Shown piece after piece: positions 53,339 through 64,000 of a stretch of DNA of 64,000 nt (within the stretch, counting starts at the first letter, position 1; each line of letters opens with the position of its first letter). Location: the NCBI GenBank assembly GCA_053919585.1, contig JBSSHM010000096.1; one strand, written 5' to 3'. The DNA comes from Euprymna scolopes. Lineage: Eukaryota. Made by a program: the position numbers and the translations under genes. The notes under the pieces are model-generated. The model was not told the origin of the DNA. It saw only the letters and a program-made list of their open reading frames with translations, and searched no databases.

Positions 53339-55860
53339 CAGATCCGGAAAAAAAAGTCCGCAATTGTAATTTTTTTCCAAAACTGCAAATTTAAGCTAAA
53401 TCTAATGAACCTGTTTAAACAACCTATACATCATTTGATTCGTCTGTTATTCCTGTATAATTGCACCTGTTAATATTTGACGTTTAATTGAAATATTATA
53501 GTGTTTACGTCAACTTAAAAAAAAAGATTCAAATTGAGGAGGCAAAAAAAGTCCGCAACAACAAATTCACTTAAAACCAGCTTAAATTATCGCGCGTAAA
53601 TCAGTTTAAAATATCCACCAACAGGCAACAAAGCATCTCTAATCGTAATTGTTGTTGTTTCATGTTATACAACGTAACATTTAGTCGACATGCCACGACT
53701 TTCTCTTAGTGGTCATCAGGAGCCCATTAATCTCAACCTTTCTGGTTTATCCAATCGAGAAATCGGCCGCAGATTGAAATGTGATGAGAAAACAGTACAA
53801 AAGTATGTGAATAAGCACCAAAACACCGCGCTCTATAACATCCACGACAGGAAAACAATTGAACACATATCTAACAAAATGGCAGAAACATTAGAGGACA
53901 ACCTCCAATCTGTAGTGGAATGGCGACAAAAATGGATGGTCACATTCAATGCTGGCAAGGCTAAACTGTTTCCTTCAATAATTACAAGAACCCTTCTTTA
54001 CCACCAAGAGCAATGGCCAAAGAGATCTACATGTACATCTTTTAAACTCCTCAGCTTAAAGTTTACAGGAAACATGAGTTGGTAAAATTACATTGAGAGT
54101 ATTGCTAGGGCCGCTGCGAAAAAGTTAGGTTCTCTCTACCCGGCAAGAAAGCTACTAACGCCCGAAAGTATCCCGTGTATTGGGTATTGTTTTCATATTT
54201 GAGCTGGTGCATCTGCTACTAGTCTCTCGCTTTTAGACAAAGTTCAAAAGAGAGCCGCTAACCTGATAGGTTATGAACTGTCATACAAGCTTCAGCCTCT
54301 GTCCCATCGACGAAATGTAGCACCCCTCTGTCTGTTCTACAAGTACTTTAACGCTAATGGCTCCGACGAACTGCAAGCACTTGTACCCCCTCGACGTTAA
54401 TACCCCGGGCAAACCCGACAAGTAGCAAAATCCCTCCCCTTCACAGCTGAGATCCCTAGATTTAAGAGAGGATTCTACTCGAGTACTTGTTTCCCCAGAA
54501 CCGCTAGACTTTGGAATACCCTTCCCGGTTCCTGCTTCCCCAACTATACTGACATGCCGAAGTTCAAGTGTAATGAGAACCGACATCTTGCTCCCCAAAT
54601 TCCCACATAGTGTCCCTGTATCTTATGTCCCTGATAATAACCCTCTACATCAAAGTGCCAATGCACCTTGTTTGGGGTGAGAATGTAATAAAAAAACAAA
54701 AAATAAACCAAACGCCGGCAGTGTTTGTGATATTCCTTAATCTGGTTGTACTAGAGTTACCTCTCAATAGGAAAGACAATGCTATCAAGATCCGTAGTCT
54801 AAGAAACAGATTTGAAACGGCTCCCCCAAATGCAGCAACAGCGCAATCTTGTTAAAAAGTGCTCTCTTTTTACTGTCAAGAACAGATTAAAGGAATTTAA
54901 TTTGCGAGGATACGTTGCAAGATGCAAGCCAATGATTTCTGTAAAGAACAGAAAGCGCCGACTGTATTTCGTCAGATTAAATGAAGATCATGACTCTTCA
55001 TATTGCTCAAACTGCTTTTTAGCGACGAAAGCAAGTTCAATACACTACGCAGTGATGGTAGGCAGTAGGTCCTTCGGAGGAAAGACGAAGAATTTAATCC
55101 TAGGTGCACAGTTTCAACGCTGTAAAGTGGTGACGATTCAGTGGTCTGTGGGACATTAGTAGTACCAATTGTCCAGGGCAAATATAGTTCGCTTTCAAGG
55201 TCGGATTAATTCGACCAAGTACATTAATATGTTTGCTGAGTATGTTTTACCCTACTTGCATCGGGATTTGAATGATAATCCAATCTTCATTCCAGGATAA
55301 AGCTCCCATTCACACAGCTGGCAATGTCAAGAGATTCCTGGAAGAGAATAATATTCCGTGTTTGGATTAGTCTGTATAACACCCGGACCTCGATCCTATC
55401 GCACACGTATGACATTACATCAAGCAAAAGCTACGAAATGATAAAATTTCAAATTTGGAAGAATTTCGGACAAAAGTTAAAGAAAAGTGGGATGCCCATT
55501 CCCCGGAGTATTGCTGCAGTCTAATTCAAGGAATTCTCAAAATATTGCAAGCTGTCAAATTGTAGAATTGCTATGCTACTAAATATTCACTAGTTCATTG
55601 TATTCCTGTTGCATTTTTCTTGCGTTTATGTCCGAAAATCACATTTAAATAACAAATGTCTATTGTGCGGACTTTCTTTTTGCCCCCCCACATTTTTAAT
55701 CTATTGGCTTAAGTTAATAGTAAAATATAAGCAGGTTAAATTATAGAAGAATAAAAGCCGAATCAAATTAGGTATTGTTTGTTTAACCAGTTACATTAAA
55801 TTTTGCTTAAATTTGCAGGTTTTGAAAATATTACAATGCGGACTCTCATTTTCCCGCCTG
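53339..55860 (+). mobile_element. Tc1 IR/DR transposon interrupted by a LINE
   Basis: TA|CAG..AAAAAAAGTCCGCAA (repeated near 53545), mirrored TGCGGACT near 55666 and 55837. Transposase starts MPRLS..LSNREIGRRLKCDEKTV, resumes at 54718 (VKNRLKEFNLRGYVARCKP; FSDESKF; QDKAPIH). Confidence 0.92.
53829..54706 (+). mobile_element. 5'-truncated CR1/L2-group LINE nested in Tc1
   Basis: LEDNLQSVVEWRQKWMVTFNAGKAK..., YCFHI*AGA, LSHRRNVA. A-rich tail. Imperfect TSD ACCAAAACACCG (53817-53828) / ACCAAACGCCG (54707-54717). Confidence 0.9.
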
Positions 55861-58009
55861 TGTATATTCATATTGTTTTAGTGTGGGTTGAATGATATAA
55901 TACTAATTATTTTTGTTCATTAAACTATTATTAGTATGCTTTTTAAATATATATTAATAATAGAATTAGTGTGATAACACAAAATAGTATAACGATCCAT
56001 TCCTGGATAATTTTATAGTGTTTAATCTGCATTGACTTAAGTTTTGAATCATATTACCTTTACTCTCAAACTTATTGTTTTTATTATGAATTTCCGTGTC
56101 CATTGTTTGATTTTTCTATCTTCATTCATTCTTTCCTCATTGTTATGCCCTCTCTTCCATTTCATTTCCTTTATTTTACTTTTATTATTAGTTCTTATTT
56201 AATGATTCCTTATTATTTAACCATAACATCTATTACCTAGGCACTTTTACTTAATTCACTGAATGTTATTTATTGATTCTAGAGATAATATAACGTAATA
56301 AAATTGGTCTGAAGGTCTTAAATGCAGCAAATACGTAATTTCTGGACATGCTACTCGCGAACGATGCAATGTCGTTATTGTTAGCTTTTGAACAGCAATA
56401 AATTGCCAATTGAGAAANNNNNNNNNNNNNNNNNNNNNNNNNNNNNNNNNNNNNNNNNNNNNNNNNNNNNNNNNNNNNNNNNNNNNNNNNNNNNNNNNNN
56501 NNNNNNNNNNNNNNNNNNNNNNNNNNNNNNNNNNNNNNNNNNNNNNNNNNNNNNNNNNNNNNNNNNNNNNNNNTTGTCTGCCTGTAAAATGCGCTTAAAT
56601 ATGATATTTTCATAAATGCAGATTTCGTATTTGTTATTATATTATATTGAAGCAAATATAGGGTAATGATTTATAAATTTGAAAAAAAAAATGGCTTGTG
56701 CACTACAACTGAATATCGAAACCAAAATATTTAGTTTACGATTTACTTTTTTCCCTTGATATAATACTTGAGCTATGAAGACATGTCAAGTTAAAAATTA
56801 AAACATGCAAATTAGCTAGATTCTTTGCAGATGGATGCACTTCCACATCCCTTATATGACGGAGTTTATTTATTTAAAAAAAACGAAACATGTTTTTANN
56901 NNNNNNNNNNNNNNNNNNNNNNNNNNNNNNNNNNNNNNNNNNNNNNNNNNNNNNNNNNNNNNNNNNNNNNNNNNNNNNNNNNNNNNNNNNNNNNNNNNNN
57001 NNNNNNNNNNNNNNNNNNNNNNNNNNNNNGAATTTGTGAATTATATTCTTGTCCTTAAATGTACACTTTACTGTAGGGACTGCTTTTATAATAGCACTCA
57101 AATGTTGCTGTAATTCTTTTATGTCGCGTTTGGTTGGTGTTAGTTTTTTTTTATAATTTTATTTGTTCTTTTGAATGAGAATCTCAAACTTGTGATTCCT
57201 AATCCCTGGAAACTAGCATATACAAATTGCACTAAACTATAACACACATTGTGTTTCATCTGTTTACGATAAAGAATGTTCATCCGTATACGTTATAATA
57301 GCCGATAACCTTGAAATAAAACGTCGCTGACGTTCGGAAGCAGATATAGTATGACCAGAAATTAGGGTATCGGTTTTGTCAAAGAACCTGTATTAGCTTG
57401 TGGAGATACATTTCTTGATATAACCAATGTGTTTATGTATTCACTCTAAAACATTTCTTAGCGTTGTGTTAGAAGTATGTTTACGTTTTGTGTTTTTCTT
57501 TTCAATAAATTATGGAAAATGAAAATACCTCATAATTTAAATATTTTTGTAATTCTGTCTATCAGATACTTCATTCATGAATATATATATATATATATAT
57601 ACACGTATATATATATGAATTTATATGTGCCTTATATATATATATATTATTTATTATTATAAAATCATCGAAATATACCGTCTTGGATAACGATAATATC
57701 TTTTAAATGTAAGTGAATAATATCCTGAAATAATTTATGTATACATATACATATATCATGTTATGTATGTACACGTCTATTTAGCACACTATTGTGTGTA
57801 TATACGTTTATATCTATACTTATACCTATCTATTAGATACCTATGAAATAATTAATCTATCGATCTTTTCATCTCTTTTTACTGGGGACGCATTTATTAT
57901 TAAGGTCTGAAAAACACCCCGAGACTAGGGTAATATATGTAATATTGAAGTGTAGTAATCGTTAACTTTAAGTACGGTAAATTTATTTTGAAGGCGACAG
58001 TTAAACACT

Positions 58010-58792
58010 TGAATGTTGGATAGCTTCGTCCTGGCGAATATAAAGTCCTTACACTTCAGACATCGGCTGGGTCATAGCTAGGTTAGATTGCAGCATCCTT
58101 TGTTCGAGATGAAGTAGATCAATTCCATAGTCGTTTTTTTTTTCCGCTGTTTGTTTGATCTGCATTAATTAATAGACGTTTTTGTGCGAGATGCGTTTGT
58201 TTATGTGGCAAAATATTGCCCTTGCATGCAAGAAGCTCGGGTTTCTAATCGCAACTTGGGGCATGCCTCTCGATTGAGCTCCAATGAGTGCGAAACTCAA
58301 GTCTTGAACTTCAGGTTTGTTAGCTGGCATGGCTCTGGTAAGCTGCGACGTGGTTTGGGTGTGGAAATAATTACACAATATCTCACATTAGGAAAATTCT
58401 ATAATTAATTGCTCGCTAGGAAATAAGGTTGTGTGGCATCATCCTGACGAGTAAAAAGGTCTACTTGTGAGACATCGGCTTGCGAGTTTGCTTCGTTGGA
58501 TAACCACATCCCTTTATTTGAGATGAAGAAGATTCATTCTATAGTCGAATTTTGCCGTGTTGATCTGTGTTATTTAATAGACTTTCTGGGTGTGGTGTCT
58601 TTGCTCATGTGGCGTAGTACTCGCCTCGCATGAGAGAGGCTCGGGTTTGAATCCCGAGTTGAGATATGTCTAATTGATGTGCTGAAATGAGTGCGAAATT
58701 CTTATCTTGGGTTTCCAGTTTGTTAGCTGGCATGTCTCTGGTGAGCTGCGATGTGGTTTTGCTGTTGAAGTAAGTATACAATCTCTCACATT
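58010..58792 (+). repeat. tandem dimer of a ~400 bp repeat with internal tRNA-Ala-like module (SINE-like)
   Basis: Units at about 58010-58390 and 58420-58792 align over their length. Confidence 0.8.
58594..58668 (+). pseudogene. tRNA-Ala(CGC)-derived sequence
   Basis: GCTCATGTGG (A box/D arm), CTCGC-CTCGCAT-GAGAG anticodon arm, TCGGG-TTTGAAT-CCCGA T arm/B box. Mismatched stems. Confidence 0.6.
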
Positions 58793-58799
58793 CTGAATA

Positions 58800-58858
<59 letters not shown>

Positions 58859-60850
58859 TGTGTGCGTATGTGTGTGTATAATTATTCGAGTGTATATTCG
58901 TAATAGCGCCTATTTTCTATAGTATGTATATAATCCAACCATTGGAAATATTTGGATATTTGCATAATGTTCATTATTACATTATAATAAGTTTCTAACT
59001 AAGTATATAGAACATTATGTTTATCATATTTTATCTGAGTGAATACACATTTTATATTTCTGTTTATTTTTTAAATCTTTTATCGGCTGGCTTTAAATGC
59101 AAGTTTTCCATCTACGTTAAAATTCACAGAGAGTACATATTTCCAACTTTAATTTGAAACGCAAAAATTCATTTATGAAACACATATACTTCAAATAAAC
59201 TCTTTCATAATTCAACCCCCTTCCAAAACTTTAATCTCTACATTTTTTTGGCTTTGCGACGCAAGCTGTCATGGATTTTTATTTTTTCCTTCGTCCCTTT
59301 TCCCTTTTCTCCTTCTCCTCAAATTAGTTTAATTTATCTTCTTTTCATCGTTTAAGACTATTTCCGAAACCCGGAATGATCGATCCGATATTATGAACCC
59401 ATGACTGTGAGAAACAGACTGGAATAAAGATTTTGTGTAAATTTTTATCAAATACAAACTTCTTGAGTTCGGAGTTTTGTCTTCTAAATTTATATGTATG
59501 TTTTGACATATATAGTTTTGTATATTTTTACATGTGAATGCGTGTTGCAAAACTCGGTGTAGATATATACATATATATATATAATGAAACGGAATATAGA
59601 TCTCCAATATGATGCGATGTCTCCGCAACCACAATTGATTCTGGATTTCTTCTAACCTTCTATATAATTTAACATTAAATGAGCTCCGACTTTTTGGCCA
59701 CAAAGTGTTCAACGAGATATGTCACCTTCAGCATTTTTTCAAGGTTGGCGATTGAGGGAGGGGGGCAAAACATGACAGATACAATTTGTTTTTTTAGTGG
59801 GGTGGGGCTGGAATTACATTTCAAACATAAAATCACAATAAATTTAATTATTTGGCAAATGTCTAGTTTGTTGGCGTAAATCATCTGACCGACAAAAAAT
59901 TATAAAGAGTCTTTAGGTTTTATATAAAACACTTTATGAAACCTTAAGCTTAAGTTTGAAATAAAGCCCCCAAAATTTCGCTTTTGCATAATTTTGTATA
60001 ATTTTTAGAAATTTAAGACAATAATGTATCTTCAAACCGTTGTGTAAAACGTCATCATTATACCAATAAATAGTGACGTCATCATTCCGTGTATTTCGGT
60101 AAATTTCTATGGAATATCAGTTATGCAGAAACTTATGAAGTAATAAAATGTACACTAAAAGTATGGCTGAAAATGATATAATACTTATATTTTATAAAGC
60201 ATATTAATTTTTAATAACGAACTACACAGAAGATAAATTAAGTTTAACCTGTTCTCTTAGTATATGTATCTAAAGTTTATTAGGGGAGTCCGTACATTTT
60301 CGAAAAGAAAACGTGAAATTTTGGATTATCACCTATGCATTTTTAATAATCAAATCTAAAGTAATTGTTTAAGACGAATTTGCTTTTGAAATTTTTATTC
60401 TGTCAAGATACATGTATTTTATTATATGAATACATTTTGTATCATTATACATGTTATATAAAAAAAGCTGTTTCAACTTCATATTGTGTAATATCGAATT
60501 TCATATCATTTACACCATTTTAAAATCATTTTTCTTTTAGACTTCTCTTTTTCGTTGTAAGTAAAATAATTATATTACTGGGGGATAAATCATGAAAAAT
60601 AATTTATTTATTTAGTTTTTATTAAAATATTTATTTTATGCTATATTTTATTTACACCTTAAGAAAAGTGNNNNNNNNNNNNNNNNNNNNNNNNNNNNNN
60701 NNNNNNNNNNNNNNNNNNNNNNNNNNNNNNNNNNNNNNNNNNNNNNNNNNNNNNNNNNNNNNNNNNNNNNNNNNNNNNNNNNNNNNNNNNNNNNNNNNNN
60801 NNNNNNNNNNNNNNNNNNNNNNNNNNNNNNNNNNAAATATGCTCACATCC

Positions 60851-60905
60851 CGCTGCTACAAACAGCCACTTGTTTCAATCAAACAACAGATATCATCAGG
60901 CAGCG
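60851..60905 (-). ncRNA. type I hammerhead ribozyme (sense to the PLE)
   Basis: CGCUGC CUGAUGA u AUC-loop-GAU u GAAA CAAG-loop-UUUG UA GCAGCG. 6 bp stem I, intact core, GUA cleavage triplet. Confidence 0.8.
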
Positions 60906-61337
60906 ACTTGACTATTCAAAAGTTCAATGAATAATGGATTTTTATTTTAGGTAGGAACTCTTTAGAAGTTGGAGTTAAAAAACTTAAAACACAGGACTTT
61001 AATTAAATAAAAAAGTAAAAAGGGAGAGGCAATTTAAATAAAGTTAAAAGATTACAATGGGGAGAGAGTGATTGAGAAGAAAAAAAGGAATAGAGACAGA
61101 AATAGAGAAAGAAAATATAGAGAAAACAAAATAGAGANNNNNNNNNNNNNNNNNNNNNNNNNNNNNNNNNNNNNNNNNNNNNNNNNNNNNNNNNNNNNNN
61201 NNNNNNNNNNNNNNNNNNNNNNNNNNNNNNNNNNNNNNNNNNNNNNNNNNNNNNNNNNNNNNNNNNNNNNNNNNNNNNNNNNNNNNNNNNNNNNNNNNNN
61301 NNNNNNNNNNNNNNNNNNNNNNNCCCCCCCTCCATAT

Positions 61338-61375
<38 letters not shown>

Positions 61376-61850
61376 ACGGAGAAGAAAAGAAAAAAGAAAC
61401 AAAGGGTTATAATAAAGAGAATAAGAACTAGAAGGAAAAGGAAAGAATAATGAGATCTAGTTAAATAGAGAAAGAGAGAAAGTAAGAATTTGACAGTATA
61501 TAGAAAAAGAAAAAGAAAAAGAAAAAAACCTGCGTGTCAACCAATTTATGAACAATTATACAATTCAGTAATGAAGCATATTATTACAAATACAAACAGA
61601 AGATACAATCCAAGCGTCAGAGATGAACGTGTCAAAAAAGGCAGGGAATGCATTCTGCTAGCATATTTATCCTCTTACATACGTCCACGAGTAAAATCAA
61701 CGCAATTCAAACATACGTCTACCATTAATTAGGCCCTTTATGCTAAATGATATAAGTTTAAAGTTTTCGCGTTTTTATTAGATAAATATATGAATAAAAG
61801 AAAAAAATAATGATAAAACAATATTAAAATTATTATTAATAACAATAAAC

Positions 61851-61898
<48 letters not shown>
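61851..61898 (+). repeat. (AAT)n microsatellite
   Basis: Pure AAT run. A similar (ATT)n run lies at 39956-39988. Confidence 0.98.
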
Positions 61899-61902
<4 letters not shown>

Positions 61903-62442
61903 CAGAATAAAATTAATATTTATTATCTTTTTAATATAACATATTTAGCCATAAGAGGGGATTAAATGAATTAAATAGGTCCAATAATTATAAATAAAAA
62001 ACTACTAATATTTNNNNNNNNNNNNNNNNNNNNNNNNNNNNNNNNNNNNNNNNNNNNNNNNNNNNNNNNNNNNNNNNNNNNNNNNNNNNNNNNNNNNNNN
62101 NNNNNNNNNNNNNNNNNNNNNNNNNNNNNNNNNNNNNNNNNNNNNNNNNNNNNNNNNNNNNNNNNNNGTAACTATACTATTAAGTTGGAAGTTTAAGCTA
62201 TTTAAGTATAGATATAAAGTCATATTAAATCACAAAATAATACATTCAATACCAGATTACTAATAACACAGATACAAGTACACTTACCTATAAATATATT
62301 CAGGCAAAAGAAGTAATTAAATCAACGAAATACTCAAAAATAGCGACGCACAGGTAGATAGTACCCTAATTAAAAATAATAAGATACATATGTATATACT
62401 CACAGAGAACCAACCGACATACTAATAAGCATATATATATAT

Positions 62443-62487
<45 letters not shown>

Positions 62488-62921
62488 TATAATCTTATGT
62501 ATACACATACATACAAAAAATACACAAAAATATGCACACAATCATATACTAATACACAACAACGCACACACACATATATATACTCACACATAAATATGTA
62601 TAATTTACATAAATTATATATATAGAAATACATAAGAATACAAATAATTTGGCAAGAGTACAGATAGATGCATACACACATAGAAACATACAAATGGATT
62701 GAATAAACATGGGAGGGTATACCAAATAATATAGAAATATATAGATCTAAGTACACACGGTCATAAAATAAATACATAGACACATACATATACACATAGA
62801 CACACATGTATATAAGATAGGAGAAGTAAAGAATGAAATCAGGAGAGGAGAAAGTATATTAATAGAATATTAATAAATTATAGAAATCAGTGACAATTTT
62901 TAATTTATTTAAATTTTATAT

Positions 62922-63285
62922 CTAAACTAAATTACTTAAAAGATGGGTTTTATAATGTTTGCAATTAATTGAATTTTCGTGCTTCTTATTTAATAATTTA
63001 TCTCTTTCTCTAAAAGTAAGTATAAATAATTTCTCATAAAGACATAGGTAGCAAGGCGAGTTTAAAGATGAACAGGTTTTCGCTTTCTTTAAAATTTTCC
63101 AATTTACTGTTGGGGAGTAACCTTGCTCTACTAGTTCATTGTAATATTTAGACAAGGAAGTTCTATTTTTGTACTCATTATTTTCAAAAGAGCACTTGTG
63201 ACCGGTAAATCTTTCTTTAAAATTGTTATTTGTCATTCCTATGTAATATTTTTTTTCATTCGGATTTTCCTTAGTAGAAATTAAA
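62922..63285 (-). pseudogene. GIY-YIG endonuclease C-terminal part of a PLE ORF
   Basis: YYIGMTNNNFKERFTGHKCSF..TSLSKY..VNWKIL..CYLCLYEK..LLNKKHE..CKH. Open frame, 5'-truncated. Confidence 0.9.
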
Positions 63286-63417
63286 TTAAATTGCCTCTCC
63301 CTTTTTACTTTTTTATTTAATTAAAGTCCTGTGTTTTAAGTTTTTTAACTCCAACTTCTAAAGAGTTCCTACCTAAAATAAAAATCCATTATTCATTGAA
63401 CTTTTGAATAGTCAAGT

Positions 63418-63472
63418 CGCTGCCTGATGATATCTGTTGTTTGATTGAAACAAGTGGCTGTTTGTAGCAGCG
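63418..63472 (+). ncRNA. type I hammerhead ribozyme (inverted copy)
   Basis: Same sequence as 60851-60905 on the opposite strand. CUGAUGA 63424-63430, GAAA 63447-63450, GUA 63464-63466. Confidence 0.8.
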
Positions 63473-63764
63473 GGATGTGAGCATGTTTATATAACAATAA
63501 ACAAGTATTATCAGCTCTTTTTATTGAGCACTATCTAACAACCTCGTTGAATTCATTAGTCCATTACTTTTGAATATAAAAAAACCCCGAGTATATATTT
63601 ATATATATATATTAATATATATACATTTATATATATTTATATATATACTCGGGTTTTTTATATTCAAAAGTAATGGACTAATGAATTAAACGAGGTTGTT
63701 AGATAGTGCTCAATAAAAAGAGCTGATAATACTTGTTTATTGTTATATAAACATGCTCACATCC

Positions 63765-63819
63765 CGCTGCTACAAATAGCCACTTGTTTCAATCAAACAA
63801 CAGATATAATCAGGCAGCG
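63765..63819 (-). ncRNA. hammerhead copy with core mutation (CUGAUUA)
   Basis: Third copy, in the right arm of the palindrome. The G8 position of the core is changed to U. Confidence 0.6.
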
Positions 63820-64000
63820 GCTTGACTATTCAAAAGTTCATTGAACTTTTGAATAGTCAAATCGCTGCCTGAGTATTTTTTTATTATTAAATAGTTACAT
63901 GAAAGTACAACATCGTTTAAAAACAACCTCCCCTCCCATTTTAAGAATGGTTTTCTAAATAGTTTTGTTATTACTTCAGCATGGTCCGTATTCTGTAAAA

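Larger units (their letters stand above)
60838..63872 (-). mobile_element. 5'-truncated Penelope-like element (Naiad-like) with inverted pLTR copies
   Basis: GIY-YIG ORF on minus. Tail 60838-61036 is nearly identical in reverse complement to 63285-63485. Further fold-backs extend to 63872. Confidence 0.85.

Noticed and set aside
58443-58480. CTGACGA...GAGAC as a hammerhead (retrozyme) in the 400 bp repeat
   Set aside because: GAAA is not present, extra bases separate stem II from the core, and the motif is not kept in the other copies.
7748-62167. N-runs as masked exons of a hidden gene
   Set aside because: Flanks lack consistent AG/GT splice signals, several runs fall inside repeats, and one is exactly 100 N. 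They behave as assembly gaps.
11642-62807. ORFs with YIYIYI, HTHT or X runs
   Set aside because: Translations of (TA)n or (CA)n microsatellites and N gaps.

Overview
AT-rich, repeat-dense animal (invertebrate-type) genomic DNA from a gapped draft assembly (16 N-runs). I see no intact host gene, rRNA, CRISPR array or prokaryotic operon, and most ORF-track entries are microsatellite, N-gap or decayed-transposon artefacts. The window is a mosaic of mobile elements: (1) about 12 non-autonomous Helitron copies (5' TC, 3' hairpin plus CTAG), including a head-to-tail array and chimeras; (2) Tc1/mariner remnants, including two IR/DR families, one fused into a ~2.3 kb fold-back and one split by a nested LINE; (3) five copies of a CR1/L2-group LINE family, a Tx1/L1-like RT and RTE-like remnants; (4) two Penelope-like elements (PLEs) with GIY-YIG endonucleases, plus hammerhead ribozyme (HHR) motifs; (5) a long-TIR MITE and a ~400 bp repeat with an internal tRNA-Ala-like module. 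The most notable items are the near-intact type I HHR in the inverted terminal repeats of a Naiad-like PLE (60.8-63.9 kb), Pol III A/B-box-like cassettes near the 3' ends of several Helitron families, and a CpG-rich non-repeat island with E2F, X-box and CRE motifs at 18.1-18.5 kb. All family assignments come from motif recognition by eye, not database searches.
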